This document shows, in pieces, positions 32,290 through 46,140 of a DNA stretch of 64,000 nucleotides (positions are counted from its first letter, which is position 1; each line of letters begins with the position of its first letter). Location: assembly GCA_020891255.1 (NCBI GenBank), contig BQFW01000008.1, positions 1,612,001 through 1,676,000 on the forward strand. The letters run 5' to 3'. The notes beneath the pieces were generated by a model. The model was not told where the DNA came from. It did not search any database and was given only the letters and a program-made list of their open reading frames with translations. The position numbers were made by a program, and so were the translations under genes. Source of the DNA: Entomortierella parvispora E1425. Taxonomy: Eukaryota > Fungi > Mortierellomycota.

Positions 32290-33513
32290 CTATTGAGATA
32301 CGGCTCGAATAAATTTGAAGTTCTGCGCCAAGTGAGTATAAAAGTTGAAGATGAGCAGCATGACCAGCAAAAGCTCCAGTCCGACCATGGATCCCTGCCG
32401 CCGACAGAGTCTCCTTGTTAATTGCTGGTCTGCCAAATTTTGCTTCCAAAGCCTATCAATCTGGTCTGCGCCAGCCTCGGTACATCCATAGGTCCAGATG
32501 TAAATGTAAATGGTCACGCTCAGGACCTGGGCCCAAATGATGGACGCAATAATCTCTGAAAAGATTACAATCAAAGGTTTGGAATTGGAGGTGTCCAAGC
32601 CCTCCGGTGGTCGTCTAGATTCCAAAAAGATTGTAAAACAAGAGTACGCAATTGTCAGCAGCGAGAGTACCACCGTGACAATCAACGCCGCATTGTCGTT
32701 GGAAAGCTGAGTCTGTTGATCTGGGGTCTTGAGAAGGATAATGATGGCATCCAATGCAATCGCAAACAATGAAACAGACGCCATTATCGTCAATGACTTC
32801 AAAAAATTGGAGAACAGAGGCGAATTTAGGAACATCTTGAGGGCGTCCAAATTGAATGCCGTATTTTTGGCCGTATTATGCTTGTGCGTCGAGGGCTCGT
32901 CAGAATCCTTTTCATCCCAATTGGTCTCCTTGGGAGCATCAGAAGAGATGCATTGACCGGTGGGGTATCCTCGTCCAGTGTCCATAGATCCCTTTTGCTG
33001 CTGACGCCTGGACATGGACGGACTAAGCGCCAAGCCCCCTCGCCGTGATTGTGCTGGTGATGGATAAGATCGGTGTTGAGAACAAGTGCAGGTGCAGTGG
33101 ACATTATTGTCCGTGGCGGTGATATTTGACGGTCCTGTCGCCTTTGTCTTGAACATCTCATCCAGTCTTTGCGGAAAACGTCGAATGCTCGATACATTAT
33201 TGTTGTTGTCTGCACTAAGGACCGCCGGTGGAGCCGAGAGGCTGGTATCAATGGAAGAAGAAGAGGGTGATAGAAGGGGTAATCCTGACGTGGAGCCTTG
33301 CCCTTGTAGGTATTTTCGTCCCAGGGACGAGACGGTCGAAACATTGCTCATGGTCGCAAAGACAGACCAGTCCTGAGACTGGCCGGTGCCGGATGAGGCA
33401 GAGACACTGTTTGTGTTGAGTTGCGATGTGATTTGGCCAGGTTTCGACCCTGCAGCAGCCCCTGAAGACGATGATGAGCCGGAGGCTGTTGTCGCGGTGG
33501 AATATCGAGGCAT
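32290..33513 (-). CDS. membrane protein with a disordered N-terminus and four C-terminal hydrophobic helices (MARVEL-like topology)
   Basis: Four TM-like segments in ORF 32290-33996. The first plausible in-frame ATG is at 33513; the start is uncertain. Confidence 0.65.
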   Translation of the reverse strand: MPRYSTATTASGSSSSSGAAAGSKPGQITSQLNTNSVSASSGTGQSQDWSVFATMSNVSTVSSLGRKYLQGQGSTSGLPLLSPSSSSIDTSLSAPPAVLSADNNNNVSSIRRFPQRLDEMFKTKATGPSNITATDNNVHCTCTCSQHRSYPSPAQSRRGGLALSPSMSRRQQQKGSMDTGRGYPTGQCISSDAPKETNWDEKDSDEPSTHKHNTAKNTAFNLDALKMFLNSPLFSNFLKSLTIMASVSLFAIALDAIIILLKTPDQQTQLSNDNAALIVTVVLSLLTIAYSCFTIFLESRRPPEGLDTSNSKPLIVIFSEIIASIIWAQVLSVTIYIYIWTYGCTEAGADQIDRLWKQNLADQQLTRRLCRRQGSMVGLELLLVMLLIFNFYTHLAQNFKFIRAVSQ

Positions 33514-34219
33514 GGAAACAGAGGCAGTCGAATAGTCCTTGACTGGTACGGGAGGTCCACCGCTACTGCTGTACCTCTCGCTAGCCTGGGCATGGTGACG
33601 AGAGGCATTGGGTTCATTCTCTTCCTTGATTAGGGTGAAGGGTCTTTGGTCATCTATAATCGCCCAACTGGAGAAAGAAGGACGGATTAATACAACAAAG
33701 GCCGCGGTGAGTCGGTGTGCATGATGGACATTGCGCCTGTACGTGTGAGTCTGCGTGAGTGCAGAATGCGCTCTTTTTTTAGTAGCCTTACGGGGGCAGA
33801 GTACTGACAACGGCCTTCTTGAGCGTGGCTCGCTCAATGTCCTTTGACATTCAGGAAGGATGAAGTTCAGTCGGGAAGAAAGGGAGAAAAAGGAAGAGTG
33901 GAGAGTGGAGGAGAAGAGTGGAGAAGGAGAATGAAGGACAGAAGAAAGATGAGAAAGGGGGATGACATTCAGACATGCACCCACAACACCCAGCACCCAA
34001 ACACTCTGCGGAGGGTCAAATTACACCATTGTTTTCCCTTGCTCAATGCCTCAATTGGGCGCTAAAACTGGCTGATGGACCGTGGCACAGGCGCACAGGA
34101 CTCGAGGTTTCTATCTCTTTCTTGTGGTTTGTTGTGTACAATGACGGCTGAACATTCTTGCCGCCTTTACTTCCTTCCGTATTCGCATTCATTGTTTGTC
34201 TATCTCTCTATTTGCTGCT

Positions 34220-36738
34220 CTAGATGAACGCGCCCCGACCGCCCTCTCCCTGTCGGCCTGCTCCAGCATCCGTCTCGGTCGTCATCTGTGGTGCGACCGC
34301 ATGCTCCACACGCGTATGCTCCACAAGGAACGATGCCAGGGCGTAAAGCGAGTGGCGCTCTGCCTCAACAGAGTCCAATGCATGTCCTGTGCCGTCAAAC
34401 ACCTGAATCTTGTTGACGGCCTTGGTCACCGACTCGCCATTCTTTTGCTGATCCTGCTTGATCTTGTTCTGTCTAGCTTGCCACCAAGACACGCCCTGGG
34501 AGGGAGGCACACGACGGTCTCCAGAGCCGAGCAGCATCAACGTGGGTGCCACAACCTTCTCCACGTGCTCCATTGGAGACGAAGCCCGCATGCGCTTGAA
34601 CACTTCAGTATCTGACAAGGTCGCAGTGGGAGGTGCTTCCATGTCATAAGCCAACCCGTTGACTGCATAGCACCAGTCAGCAATGTCGGTCACAGCAGAC
34701 ATGCTGGGAATATCCGTAACAGGGTTACGCATTACCGCTGCCTTGTACGAGGGATCCGCCAGCAAATGACACACAATGAATCCACCATGGCTTCCTCCGG
34801 TGAGACAGGTTCTCTCAGGGTCCACTTGGCCCAATGAGATGATATAGTCTCTCAAGGCCTGACACTCATTCACATCGAGCTCTCCGACCCGTCCGACAAG
34901 AGTCTCGACGGCATCCTGACCAAATCCAAGACTTCCAGTGAAGTTGACTATTTAGAAAATAAAATATGAAAAAAGTCAGAAGGGTTCCTTCCTTGAAATA
35001 ATGACATATAAAGTCATGCCTTCCTTACTGTTTGCAACCGCAAAGCCAAGGCTGACCAACACCAGATTGAGAATAGAGAACTCGGCAGCAAATCCACTGT
35101 GAGGTCCACCATGGGGAAAGATCACCAGAGGTGGCCTCGTTCCACTGACAGCCGTGGACTGTTGAGCATTGCTGTTGGACTTGTATGGCTCCAAAAGAAT
35201 AGCCTCCAGACTTTCAAGTTGACCAGGGATCTTGTTAATGATAGACCAGGAATGGGGTTGATAAAAGCCCTTGGCCTTGTCGACCTTGGTCGACTCGAGC
35301 ACTGTAAAGTGGACCTTGAGGTCTCTCTGGTTCTTTTCAAAATCAACCTGTCCCAAGAAAAGCATCCAGGGCTCTGTTGGAGTCGAGTAGGTTGCCAAAA
35401 TCCAGCGCGAGTTAACAAAAAGAACTGTGGTCGATCCGGGATAGCTTGAGGATAAAGTCAGCTCCTCGACATCTCCTGACTCAATATCGATGGACACCGC
35501 CGTGCGTCTAGATCTCCAGGCAGTCGAAATAATGATCTTCGTGGGAGAGACCCAGAGTTCCTTAGGGAGCTGATCCACATAAAGTCCAGGGAAACCAGCT
35601 TCAGCATTGGGAGTGCGTACAACATCCACGACTGTCGAAACTTGACCAGATGCTGTATCGATCTTGCATAGTCTTGCGCAGCTAGCATGGGGACCATTGA
35701 CGACGTTGGAGAGGAAGATCAAAGTAGATCCATCGCTGTTAAGTCTTGGAGAACGTGCGCTCTTCAGATCTTTTGTCAGAGTCTTCAGACCGGTTCCATC
35801 CAAGTTAATCTGGTAGAGTCCAGTGAGTCTGTTCTGACAGTACACAATACCAAAGAACTGGGGACTGCGATGATAGCCGGTAAAGATGATAGACTTGGAG
35901 TCGTGAGAGAAGATGGGCTGTCCTGGACTCATATCGCTCTCGAATGCGTCCAGCACCTTGACCTCAAAGTTGTCCAGGTTCACAACGACAAGTGCAGGAT
36001 CTCTCTTGCCGGTAAATGTCTCGCCCCAGTCGGGCTTGAAGTTGAACTTTTCGGTGACATCCTCAGTCTTCTTGCGCTCAGCCACATAGACGAGCTTGGT
36101 CTCATCGCGAGAGAACTGGAGTCCTCCAAATGTGGAGTCGGCGTAAAAGTCGTCGTGAAGGGAAGTCGTGTCCAAAAGTTGCGAAATTGAGCCTTCTGTC
36201 CAGATCTAGGGATTAGAAGAGAACCTTGTCAATGTCTTGTCACCCCCAGCCCTTGAACTTCATGGTAAGACCATGAGCGTTATTTTTTACCTCGACAAAA
36301 AGCTTCTTCTTTTCACCAGTAATAGAGCGCAAGACAGCACTGTGCTGTCCTGAGGGCGACACGAGTTGGGCAACCGCATTGCCAATGTCGACAGAAGGAC
36401 TGTTGATTACAAGAGGAATCGACTTGTTTCCGACAGAGGCGACGAGGGTACGGGTGAATTTGCGACGGACGTCCCGCTCAAGATCTCTTTGGGAGAGAGA
36501 TACCTGGATGCCTATCAAATACAGTAAGTATGGAAGGTTGCAAGGATGAAAAGAAGGGGGAAAGAAATAGACATAGCTCGGTCAGTGATCTGCAGCATGT
36601 CCCTGCACGGAATCTTTGCTCAGACTAGCACGGGGGTTTCGTACTAAGGATAGAATCGGTTGAATTTGGGAGGATGACTGCGTCCGAGTAGGTGGGGACA
36701 GCAGCCAGGTCCTTGAATATTTCCTGGGGAGTTGACAT
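34220..36738 (-). CDS. APEH: acylamino-acid-releasing enzyme (S9 prolyl oligopeptidase family), multi-exon
   Basis: Motifs WGETFTGK, PHGGPHS, nucleophile GGSHGG, Asp in SGDRRVP and His in TGHAL. Confidence 0.9.
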
Positions 36739-36954
36739 TGCTGATGAGGAGAAGGAATGGGCGAGACGTGACGAAAAGAAGAAGCGAAAAGAAAAAGAGA
36801 GAAAAAGGGTGGGAAAATAGGTGAAGGTCAGGAACAGCGTTGAATGACCACCGGTTGAAAGAAAAGCACGTCACCTTTTCGTTCAGGCTGCATGCATCCC
36901 TTTCTTGGACACGAATCAGCCCCTTCTCCCTTCCTTCCTTCCTTCACTTGGACA

Positions 36955-39900
36955 ATGACAAGCGCCATCTGGAAGACCCTCTTTGGGCAGGCTGACAACC
37001 CCGACGACCTTCAGGGGCCCGCCAGTCTGTCCGAAGACGCATGCGCGGACCTCGTTCACAGCCTCCTACGACTCGGCTACATCAACGACATTGCCACTGG
37101 AGCTGATGGCAAGACCTTCATCACCCACCAGCAGTTACAGGACGATATTACCCTTCAGCTGGAGAAGCATAATGGTACAACAGCAGAGCTGAAATAAGAA
37201 ACACGCGACAGCATGGGAAGTGCGAAAGCATCTCCACTCACCCCATTGTTGAATACCTCTCCTCGAAAAAAACAGGTCGCGTCAGTATCTTGGATCTGCC
37301 CAAAGCCTTGAACGCCACTGCCTCAGATATTCAGGATCGCATTCAGGACCTCATTCGTCAAAAATCGAGCGAATTCGTTCAGGTTCAGGACGAACTTGTC
37401 AAGGTGTATGTGCTGTTGTCACTCCCAAGGGCCCACTGCGCTGGAAATCTGTCCCCCTAACATATATCTGCATCGTTTGGACTTTTTAGTGAATACCTTG
37501 ACAATTTGACGGGTCAAATGAATACCGAGCTTGCTCAAAGAGGTTATTTATTGGTGGCAGAACAATGCAGAAAGCACAAATTCGGGATTGACTTCATGCG
37601 TCAGGTATTCAAAGCAATGCAACCACATTGAGACCTACATAAATGGACAAAATAGCATCTCTAATAGCCTTTTACTTCTAGTTTCTTAGGGATCGTGTGG
37701 CTCAATCGATCGAAGGCCAGTGGGATATCTTGGATCGCAACCTGATTGTGGCGCCATGGTTCTTGGACCAGGAAAAATCAAAGCTAAGAACAGTTTTTCT
37801 AGAATTGACAGAGTACGTTCAAGAACTTGATACAACATTCAAATTTTAAGGCTCCTGACTTATGGTCTATATCCAATGGCTATTAACTCGCAATTCACAA
37901 CCTGCCATTCCTGAATGCCACCACCATAGGCCAGCGACACTGCAGACTTTAAGACTTCGACATATGGTATTGGATCAATTGTTCTTCAGCCTATGCGAAT
38001 TGCTCTCCAAAGAACAAGGGCTCCCCGGAGCTTTCAAGGGCACAAACGAGCAAGGAACGTTTGTTCCACGACCCTATGAACAGCAGCAGACCGAATGGAT
38101 AGAAACCTTCTTCAGAAATAACGGCTTCATTGGTAAGACCCTCAGCCTGGTTGACCATGTGGAAAGCGTTTCATTCTCAGGTGCTCGTGATTAACAACTG
38201 TACAACTGTCTATCAGAACTTGATGCTCTCAGAAAACGAGGAGTCATGGATCTCAAAGGCTACATTCAGGCCAATCATTCCGCGGCTCTCTTGCTAGACA
38301 CGCATATTGTGAATGATAGTATTTGGTCCCTCGTGGATGCCAGTGTCGAGGACGCCATTTCTAGCCTATCATGGATTGACGTCAAGGTTAGCGGCAGGAG
38401 ATTTGTCATGTCAAGCTCGCCTTAGCCCAATAGTACAAGCGCTGATCCTTTATTCCTATCTTATCAGCCACTGCTACCAACACCACTCACAAAAGAGGAT
38501 ATAACAAGTTTGCTGCGCCAGCTTCCTAGCCTGGCAGAGCCAACCGGTCGCATTGCAATTGCCTCCGACCAGGATCATTCACTGACAGGTTTGGGAGGCG
38601 GATCTCCACAAGAGGTTGTTATTCTTCAAGGCAGCGTAGTTGTTACATCGGGACAATTTCAGAAGTGTCTCCTTAGGATGGGTCCCCTGTTGGATAGAAA
38701 AGCAAAGGCTCTTTTCTCGTGGAGGCTGTCATTTGGCTCTAATGATCTCATTGAGGGCCAAGATGTTGCAGGAGAGTCATCGGGTGGATACGCGACTTTC
38801 AAGAGTCATTTTGAAACCCCATTGAAGGCGAGCGGATCGCGCAAAAGCGCCAAATCTAAAAGCTCTTCAGAGTCCAAGGATTCACCTATCAAGAAACAGC
38901 TTCAGGACTTTTTGACTATTCAAGACGTAAAGGATGAAGTCCGGGACTTGGAACCAGAATTTGACTCAGCACTTGTGAACGCCGTCGCTGGTGCTTTACA
39001 TCAAGAGTTGCTGCAGAACCTCCGCGAACGTAACCGATCGATGGTTTTGACACAAGCTGCACAAGACGATGAACAATTCCATACGGAGGGGACACCTTCT
39101 ACAAAGCACATCAATCTTGAAGTGCCTGATATCCATCCACTGTCGGATAACATTCGTCTTTACTCTAATGCAGTCGATTTGTTTGAAGGTAAGTTGGTTG
39201 AACATGTGCATGACCAGTGGGAGAAGCCTTACACTAACTACTATTTCTACGACACTAGATTCCTCGGTCAAAAACTCGCTCAGCAAGTATCTCCTGCAGA
39301 CGCTGTGTGTTGAGTTGGTAGATAGGGCTTTACTGAACATCGCCATCAAGCGTACAGAGCCAACGCTAAATGTGTCAAAGGATGCCATTGAAACTCGCGA
39401 ACGTCTGCAAAGTGTGTTCAAGAACCAAGCAGACTCCCCACCTGCGGCTGCCATCTCCTCTGAGCACGCATCTTTCTTGTTGGAGTATGCCTCAACGGAA
39501 GAGCTGGAGTCGATTCAAAAACTTCGGAAATTGACTGCTGGAAGTAGCAAACGAAAGAACTTGGTGGAATTTTTGGATGTTTGGTCAAAGCTTTCGGCAA
39601 AATGGACTAATCACTCTGACGAACACATGGACGAGTAAGTTGTGTCCAAAAAAAGAATTGAAGTGTCCTATAATGGGCCATCTGTGTTGACACTTCTATC
39701 TTTTCGATAGGCAACTACTAAAGAAACATATGCAGGAACTCCGAAGCGCACTCACGGGACTCGCTCCACAATCCGATCCAGCACTCATGCTTCATATCGT
39801 TACCATGATCTTGTTTCAGTCGTGGACAGGCACTATGGTGCATGCTTCGGGAAAATACGTTCCGCGTGTCTTGCGACAGCTGCGCGCGTCTGTGGAGAAA

Positions 39901-40107
39901 AACGAGTCAATTGGTTTAGCGGACAAGGAGACCCGGCGGAGTCAATTGAGTCATCTAGAGACGATGCTTGATCACATCCTGGCCAGAGTCAAACAGGGAC
40001 CGGACGCAGTGTCGGCAGCTGATCTTGAGAATGACAGTCGCCTGTGGTTGGACGTGCATGCTCTGGGCATGGCTGTGTCGTCCTCACATCTGCATCTGCA
40101 AGGGTAG
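36955..40107 (+). CDS. UFL1: E3 UFM1-protein ligase 1 homologue, multi-exon
   Basis: N-terminal LSEDACADLVHSLL...DGKTFITHQQLQDDI...GRVSILDLPKALN, and C-terminal LHIVTMILFQSWTGTMVHASGKYVPRVL. Confidence 0.85.
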
Positions 40108-40250
40108 AAGGCCGACAGAAATATAAAAAAAATAAAAAGATCTGTCGACAATGAACAATTTCAGGCAGGAATGATGTGACACAGCGGACTCATTTTTTTT
40201 GCCTCTTCTTTGTCTCTTTCCCCGTCGAATCTCTCTTCTCTTGCAATTCC

Positions 40251-42406
40251 ATGCTGGCCAGGATCATCAACCTCTCTGCATCGAGATCCCTCCCCCTCCT
40301 CTCCTCTCCTTCTGCATCCCGCATCCTGCCTCGTTCCTCTCTTCATCAATCCGCTAGCCGTTTTCTGTCTTCTGCTTCCAAAATGGCTGCCCCCGTGGTG
40401 ATCCCTCGCGCTGAACGCGTTGCTCATTTCGAACAGGATGGTGAGTAACCTCCAGGAGACTCATCCACAAACAGTACAACATAGTCTATATTCGCGATGC
40501 ACTACATCGGGCATGCCATTGGCATCACCAATGGCACGGCGACATACTTGGAACCCAACGTTGTCAAAAGTGCCGTCGAGACTATCCAAAAAGTCGCGCT
40601 ATGTAGGATGGTTCTAATACTCAAAAACTCACCTTCCGCTTTTGCCCTTTAGTCTGGTCGATCTTTACCCCTTTGGCCCTCGAATGCCAGGCCGTTAATC
40701 TTGGTCAGGGATTCATGAAGTAATTGAAAGAAGAAATGTTTATTCCCAAGCTCCAGTACAATTTGTGTTTTTTTTTGTTACCCCACAACGCCACAACGAC
40801 TGACTGTCTCATACCTACCGTGTAGCTTTTCCCCTCCTGACTTCGTGGTTGAGGCTGCGCGCGAGGCCGTTACTCGCAACGAGTGCAACCAGTACAGTCA
40901 TCCCAAAGGTCGCCCAAGACTGAGAAACGTAAGGGAACCAGCAGGCATGCTTCACCCAACACTGTGGTTTTTTTTTATCTACTTCCTGCTATGTATTTTC
41001 TCACGCTCTTTTTCTTTTTCTTTCCTTATGTTCAACCCCATGGAAAATATAAACAGGCATTGTCAAAGTCGTACAGCCCCTTGTTCAACAGAACTTTGGA
41101 CCCTGAGACTGAGATTGTTGTCACAGCTGGAGCCAACGAAGGTGAGTCCCAACCATAATATAAAAAAAAAGACAGGACGCAATACGTTCGGGAAAATTGG
41201 CTGACCCGTTCAAGCACCTTTGATGGAGGTGTTCTTTCATTTTTATAGGAATTTTCAGTATTTTTGCAGGTTACCTTGACCAAGGATCAGAAGTCATTCT
41301 CATGGAACCCTTCTTTGACCAGTATATTGTAAGCAAGAGGATCACAGGAACTGAGAACTACATGACAAGGAACGGCCCGCGTCTCCAAACACTGGCAACG
41401 CATGCATTTGAGATCTCGACTCTAACCACTCCCCCACCCATTGACGCCGTAGTCCAACATCACCATGAATGGAGGCGTTCCTGTGTACTGCCCTATCCGT
41501 CCCAAGGGTGATATTTCAAAGGACATGAGCGCCAGTGAATGGAAGATTGATATCAAAGAGCTGGAGTCCAAGATCACGCCCCGTTCCAAGATCATCGTCC
41601 TCAACACCCCTCACAACCCTATTGGCAAGGTCTTTTCACGGGAGGAGCTGGAGGAGATTGGTGCACTTGCGACCAAGCACAACTTGTTGATCATTAGTGA
41701 TGAAGTGGTAAGTGGTGCCTCTTGCAAAGACATTGAAACTCGTTCCACTGACTATGATCGCTGACTCGCTACATCCACTGGTTAGTATGATCGTCTTTAT
41801 TTTAACCCCAGAAACCATCAACGCATTGCCACCTTGGATGGATTGTGGGAGCGCACCATCACCGTCGGAAGTGGAGGCAAGACCTTTGGAACGACCGGTT
41901 GGCGTATCGGTTGGTTGATCGGACCCAAGGCCTTGGTCGAGCCTGCCTTGGCAGCCCATACCCGCATCGTCTTTTGTGTGAACTCGCCCCTTCAGGAGGC
42001 GATCGCTGTCGGATTTGAGCAGGCGGATGAGCGTGGATTCTTTGGAAGTCAGATCAGTGCTTATGAGCACAAGCGGGAAAAGCTGCTGTCTGTCTTCCGT
42101 GAGTTGGGCTTGCCTTGCACGATCCCCGAGGGATCCTACTTTATCTTGGTGAACACGGACAAAATCCAGGTGCCTGAAAACTACGAGTTCCCAGACCTGT
42201 TGCACCGTCGTCCCAAGGATTTCAGAACTTGCTACTGGTTGACCAAGGAGATTGGCGTCTGCGCCATCCCCCCGACCGAGTTCTACTCCAAACCCAACCA
42301 GGCATTGGCCGAAAACTTTGCCCGCTTTGCTTTCTGCAAGACGGACGAGACCCTGGATGCAGCAGTGGAGAGACTGAGAAAGCTGAAGCACTACATTAAG
42401 AACTAG
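40251..42406 (+). CDS. BNA3: kynurenine/glutamine aminotransferase (class I/II PLP, Bna3-like), multi-exon
   Basis: NQYSHPKGRPRLR, VTAGANEG, EPFFDQY, LNTPHNPIGKVF, SDEVY and the PLP lysine in GSGGKTFGTTGWRIGW. Confidence 0.9.
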
Positions 42407-42706
42407 AGTAGATACCGGAACTACTAGAGCACACTGAGAATGAAAGCATGCTGAATGATCTGCATTAGATAGATACATACAAGTGTGGGTGCAAGATGGA
42501 AAGAGAGCAGAACCGGATGAGTGGCAAAGAAGAAACGTACACAAATCCCCTCCAGGGAATCAAAGTGAGGCGATATCGATCTGACTCAAGCTGATTCGTC
42601 GATCCGCAGAGCGACAGAACAAACGAACAAAAAAAAACGCCCAAATCATCTTTCAGGTCTCCCTACCGGTGTTCTTTTTCTCTGCCCTTGTCGCACCTTT
42701 TCTCTG

Positions 42707-42750
42707 CATTCATTCATTCATTCATTCATTCATTCATTCATTCATTCATT
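42707..42750. repeat. (CATT)11 microsatellite upstream of MET2
   Basis: Read directly. Confidence 0.95.
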
Positions 42751-42811
42751 CGTTCTTTTATTCTTTCATTCCTCCTGTCTCGTTCACCCTCATCCTTTAC
42801 CGTCGACCGCC

Positions 42812-45141
42812 ATGCCTTACGGTAAACGACAAGGATGGCCATGCAAGACCACTTTGACCTCCAGCTCACGTCGAATATCACTCCTTCGTCGACTGAGTTT
42901 GTCAGCTTCTTCCTTTCACATGGCTAACTCCCCCTTTGCTTCTTTTTTTTTTCTCTTTCTCCCTCCCTCTCCCTCCCTCTCTCTCCCTCACTAGAACGAC
43001 GGACAAGTCAACCAGAAAATCCATTCTCCAAATTGGTTCCCTCACAAACGATCGCCATCGTCCCCGAGTTTACTCTAGAGTCCGGTCATGTTCTGACTCA
43101 GGTCCCCGTCGCTTACAGGTCTTGGGGCACATTGAACGAAGCCGGAGATAATGTCATGATCATCTGCCATGCACTCAGTGGGAGTGCCGATGTGGAGGAC
43201 TGGTGAGTACCTTTTCTGTTTTCCCGCATAGGATCCTTCGTGGTCGAACTGGACACTCTTTTGCGGGGAAGCTGGAGCTGAGTGACAAAAAGTGACTGGC
43301 TGGCAGGGTCGGCCCGCAAAATGTCGTGATTTTGAATCTGGATCAGCAGCATCACCGAGATTGGACAGACAGCGGTGGGAACAAACAATCTGGATACACG
43401 GGCTGCTGATTACGAACAGGAAAATGGACGAGGTCCGAACAACGCTTGGGATGGGCAACAGGAGATAGGGTCATGTCTGGAGAAACTGTGCTGACTGTGG
43501 CCATACTTGTCGTTTTCGTGGATAATTTAGGTGGGGACCATTGATGGGACCAGGACGAGCATTCGACCCTGCTAAGTTCTTTATCATCTGCTGCAATGTC
43601 CTTGGGTCGCCCTATGGCACGGCTTCGCCTGTTACATTGAACCCAGAGACTAATGTCAGCTACGGACCCGAGTTTCCTCTTGCGACGATTCGGGATGATG
43701 TTCGGTAAGAGAGAAGATAATAGAGTGTTGCATCTTGTGCTTGTATCGCTTGAATGAAAGGCTGACTCCTCTCTTTCTTTTTTTTTTTTCTTTTTTTACT
43801 TTAGCCTTCATAAACTCATTTTGGACGACTTGGGAGTAAAGTCAGTGGCGATCTGCATTGGAGGTTCGATGGGAGGCATGCAAGTTTTGGAGTGGTCGTT
43901 CTTTGGACCCGACTATATCAAAGCCATTGTCCCCATTGCTACTTCTGCCAAACATTCGGCATGGTGCATCAGTTGGGGTGAGGCCCAGCGTCAGTCGATC
44001 TACAGCGACCCCAACTATTTGGATGGATACTATACACCTGAACATGTAGGTGAATGAAGACTTGCTTGCCGGTGGTGTGTTTTGGGTGATACTTTGTAAG
44101 CACCAACTGACCGATCTACATCCCTGCCTATTATCTTTAGCCTCCTTCTGTGGGACTCGGGGCAGCCAGAATGGCTGCACTTTTGACCTACCGATCCCGC
44201 AACTCGTTCGAGTCTCGATTCGGACGCAAGGTCATGGACAAGCCCACATTCTCTTCTGCACGCGAACCTGCTTCACCTGCAGAGGCTCATCATCAGATCC
44301 ACAACGATGGACACCGCAATACCCGTGGGCACATCTCCCGCAGCAGCTCCATTGATAGCACTGGATCTTTGCTCGTCGCAAGCGCAAACGCTTTGCAAGC
44401 CGTGGTTGAGATTGGTGACAGTGCTCCTGCTGTTGTTTCAAGCATCCATAGCAACGGTGTCCAGAGCGAACCTCCATCTGCAACCGATGGCACAAACACC
44501 CCTCTCTCCTCTGCCTCTTCTGCCACTACAGCTACTATTGGGGCCACGAAGGGAATGCAACCCATTTCTGTCACGATTCAAAAGAACAAGAGTCACAAGC
44601 CCACTGTATTCTCGGCCCAAAATTACCTCCGCTACCAGGGAGACAAGTTTATTCATCGATTCGATGCCAACTGTTACATTGCCATTACCCGCAAAATGGA
44701 CGTGCACGATGTGGCTGCCGGTCGTGGTGATCTGGCTGATGTCCTCGATAATATCCGCCAGCCTTCCCTTGTCATTGGTAAGCCCAAGCCTCATCTTTTT
44801 ATACCCATTTTGGCATCAGATATTGCCACCAATTTCACTAACCATTGTCATGTTTGAAATCCTCCGCAGGTGTCGAGTCGGACGGTCTGTTTACAATCTC
44901 GGAGCAATACGAGCTGGCCGAGCTTTTGCACGATTCCGAGATGGTCGTTGTGCAATCGCCCGATGGTCATGACGGTTTCTTGCTCGAGTTTGAACAAATC
45001 AACAATGCTATTCTCTCCTTCATGCAAAAGCACCAACATATCCGCGATCTTCTCGAGAGGGAAGGCGTTCAGCCTGCAGCGCAGGTGGGCGAGGTTGTCA
45101 AGGAGAGCCTTTTCGGTGAGAGTGAGATTGTGAACTGGTAG
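42812..45141 (+). CDS. MET2: homoserine O-acetyltransferase, multi-exon
   Basis: FTLESG...AYRSWGTLN...[13 protein letters not shown], nucleophile [20 protein letters not shown]. Confidence 0.95.
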
Positions 45142-45299
45142 ATATACAGTGTCATGCCCACTCCCGCTTTTATGTTCTGTTCTTTTCCTCCTGCCCACTC
45201 TCATCTTAATAAATGATGAATTTGTGTATTTACAGATTGTTCTATCGGCACTGATGGTGTTCTATGATCATTTTGCTGTCTGATTATTTTCCTCCTTCC

Positions 45300-45927
45300 T
45301 TAGTTGGGGCGGTTGATCTTGGCCTCGTTGAACAAGACGTTCTGGTTGGCTAATAGTTTTGGAAAGAGACAATCCCGGTTCAGTAATCAACAAGAAAGTG
45401 AGGGAGACAAAGCGGCGATCGATCTAAAAAAACTTCGGAAGAGCAGAAAACCTACCACGAGGGTCAAACTTCATGAAGGAAAGCTTGGCGGTGGTCCTTG
45501 GGCGGCGGGTGGTGTAGAAAAATCCAGTGCCGGCTGTGGACAACAACTTGACGATAATAGTCCTAAGAAACATCAAAGATCATTTACGAGTTAGAACAGA
45601 TCCGGGTTCTCTCAATAGCATGCCCGATTGGCTCTGTTTTCTGGTTTTCAGAGGGTAGAAGTCAGTGCCAAGGGTCCGTACCTTGCTTTAGCTTTCTTGG
45701 CCACTGTGATGTCGAATGAAGTAGAAACATATGAAAGAGATCGGACCTGATTAGTGGATGATCTCTAGAATTGTCTCTCCTGGCCCGTGTTCCTGGTAAT
45801 GCTAAATCCAACTGTCAGAATCCATCGCAGCAACGAACGAAACGACAGATAAGGGTGTTTGGTGCAAGTGCTTCTCCTGTCTGTTAACCTAGGGACTTGC
45901 TCGCCTTTCATTGTAGAGGGCCATACT
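45300..45927 (-). CDS. MRPL39: mitochondrial ribosomal protein bL33m (yeast Mrpl39-like), 4 exons, missed by the ORF track
   Basis: Exons 45927, 45703-45682, 45562-45456 and 45349-45300 splice to [59 protein letters not shown]. Confidence 0.92.
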
Positions 45928-46140
45928 TTTTAGATGTGGACGGGGTGAGGTATGGAGAAGAAGGGAGATGCGAGCACAAGTCAATGGTCCTTCAACATAT
46001 GTCGGGATTTGGTTGTTGTGGACTCAAAGCCCCAGCCCTTCGTGACTGTGTTTTCCATTACACAGGCACTTCACTCAATGCACAGCATCCAACCATCAAG
46101 CCCTTCATCCACTCATTGACTCTCCCTTACTTCACTGACC

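Noticed and set aside
33514-33996. N-terminal 160 aa of the 568-aa ORF
   Set aside because: It begins at a non-ATG codon and translates pyrimidine-rich leader sequence, so it is probably 5' UTR.
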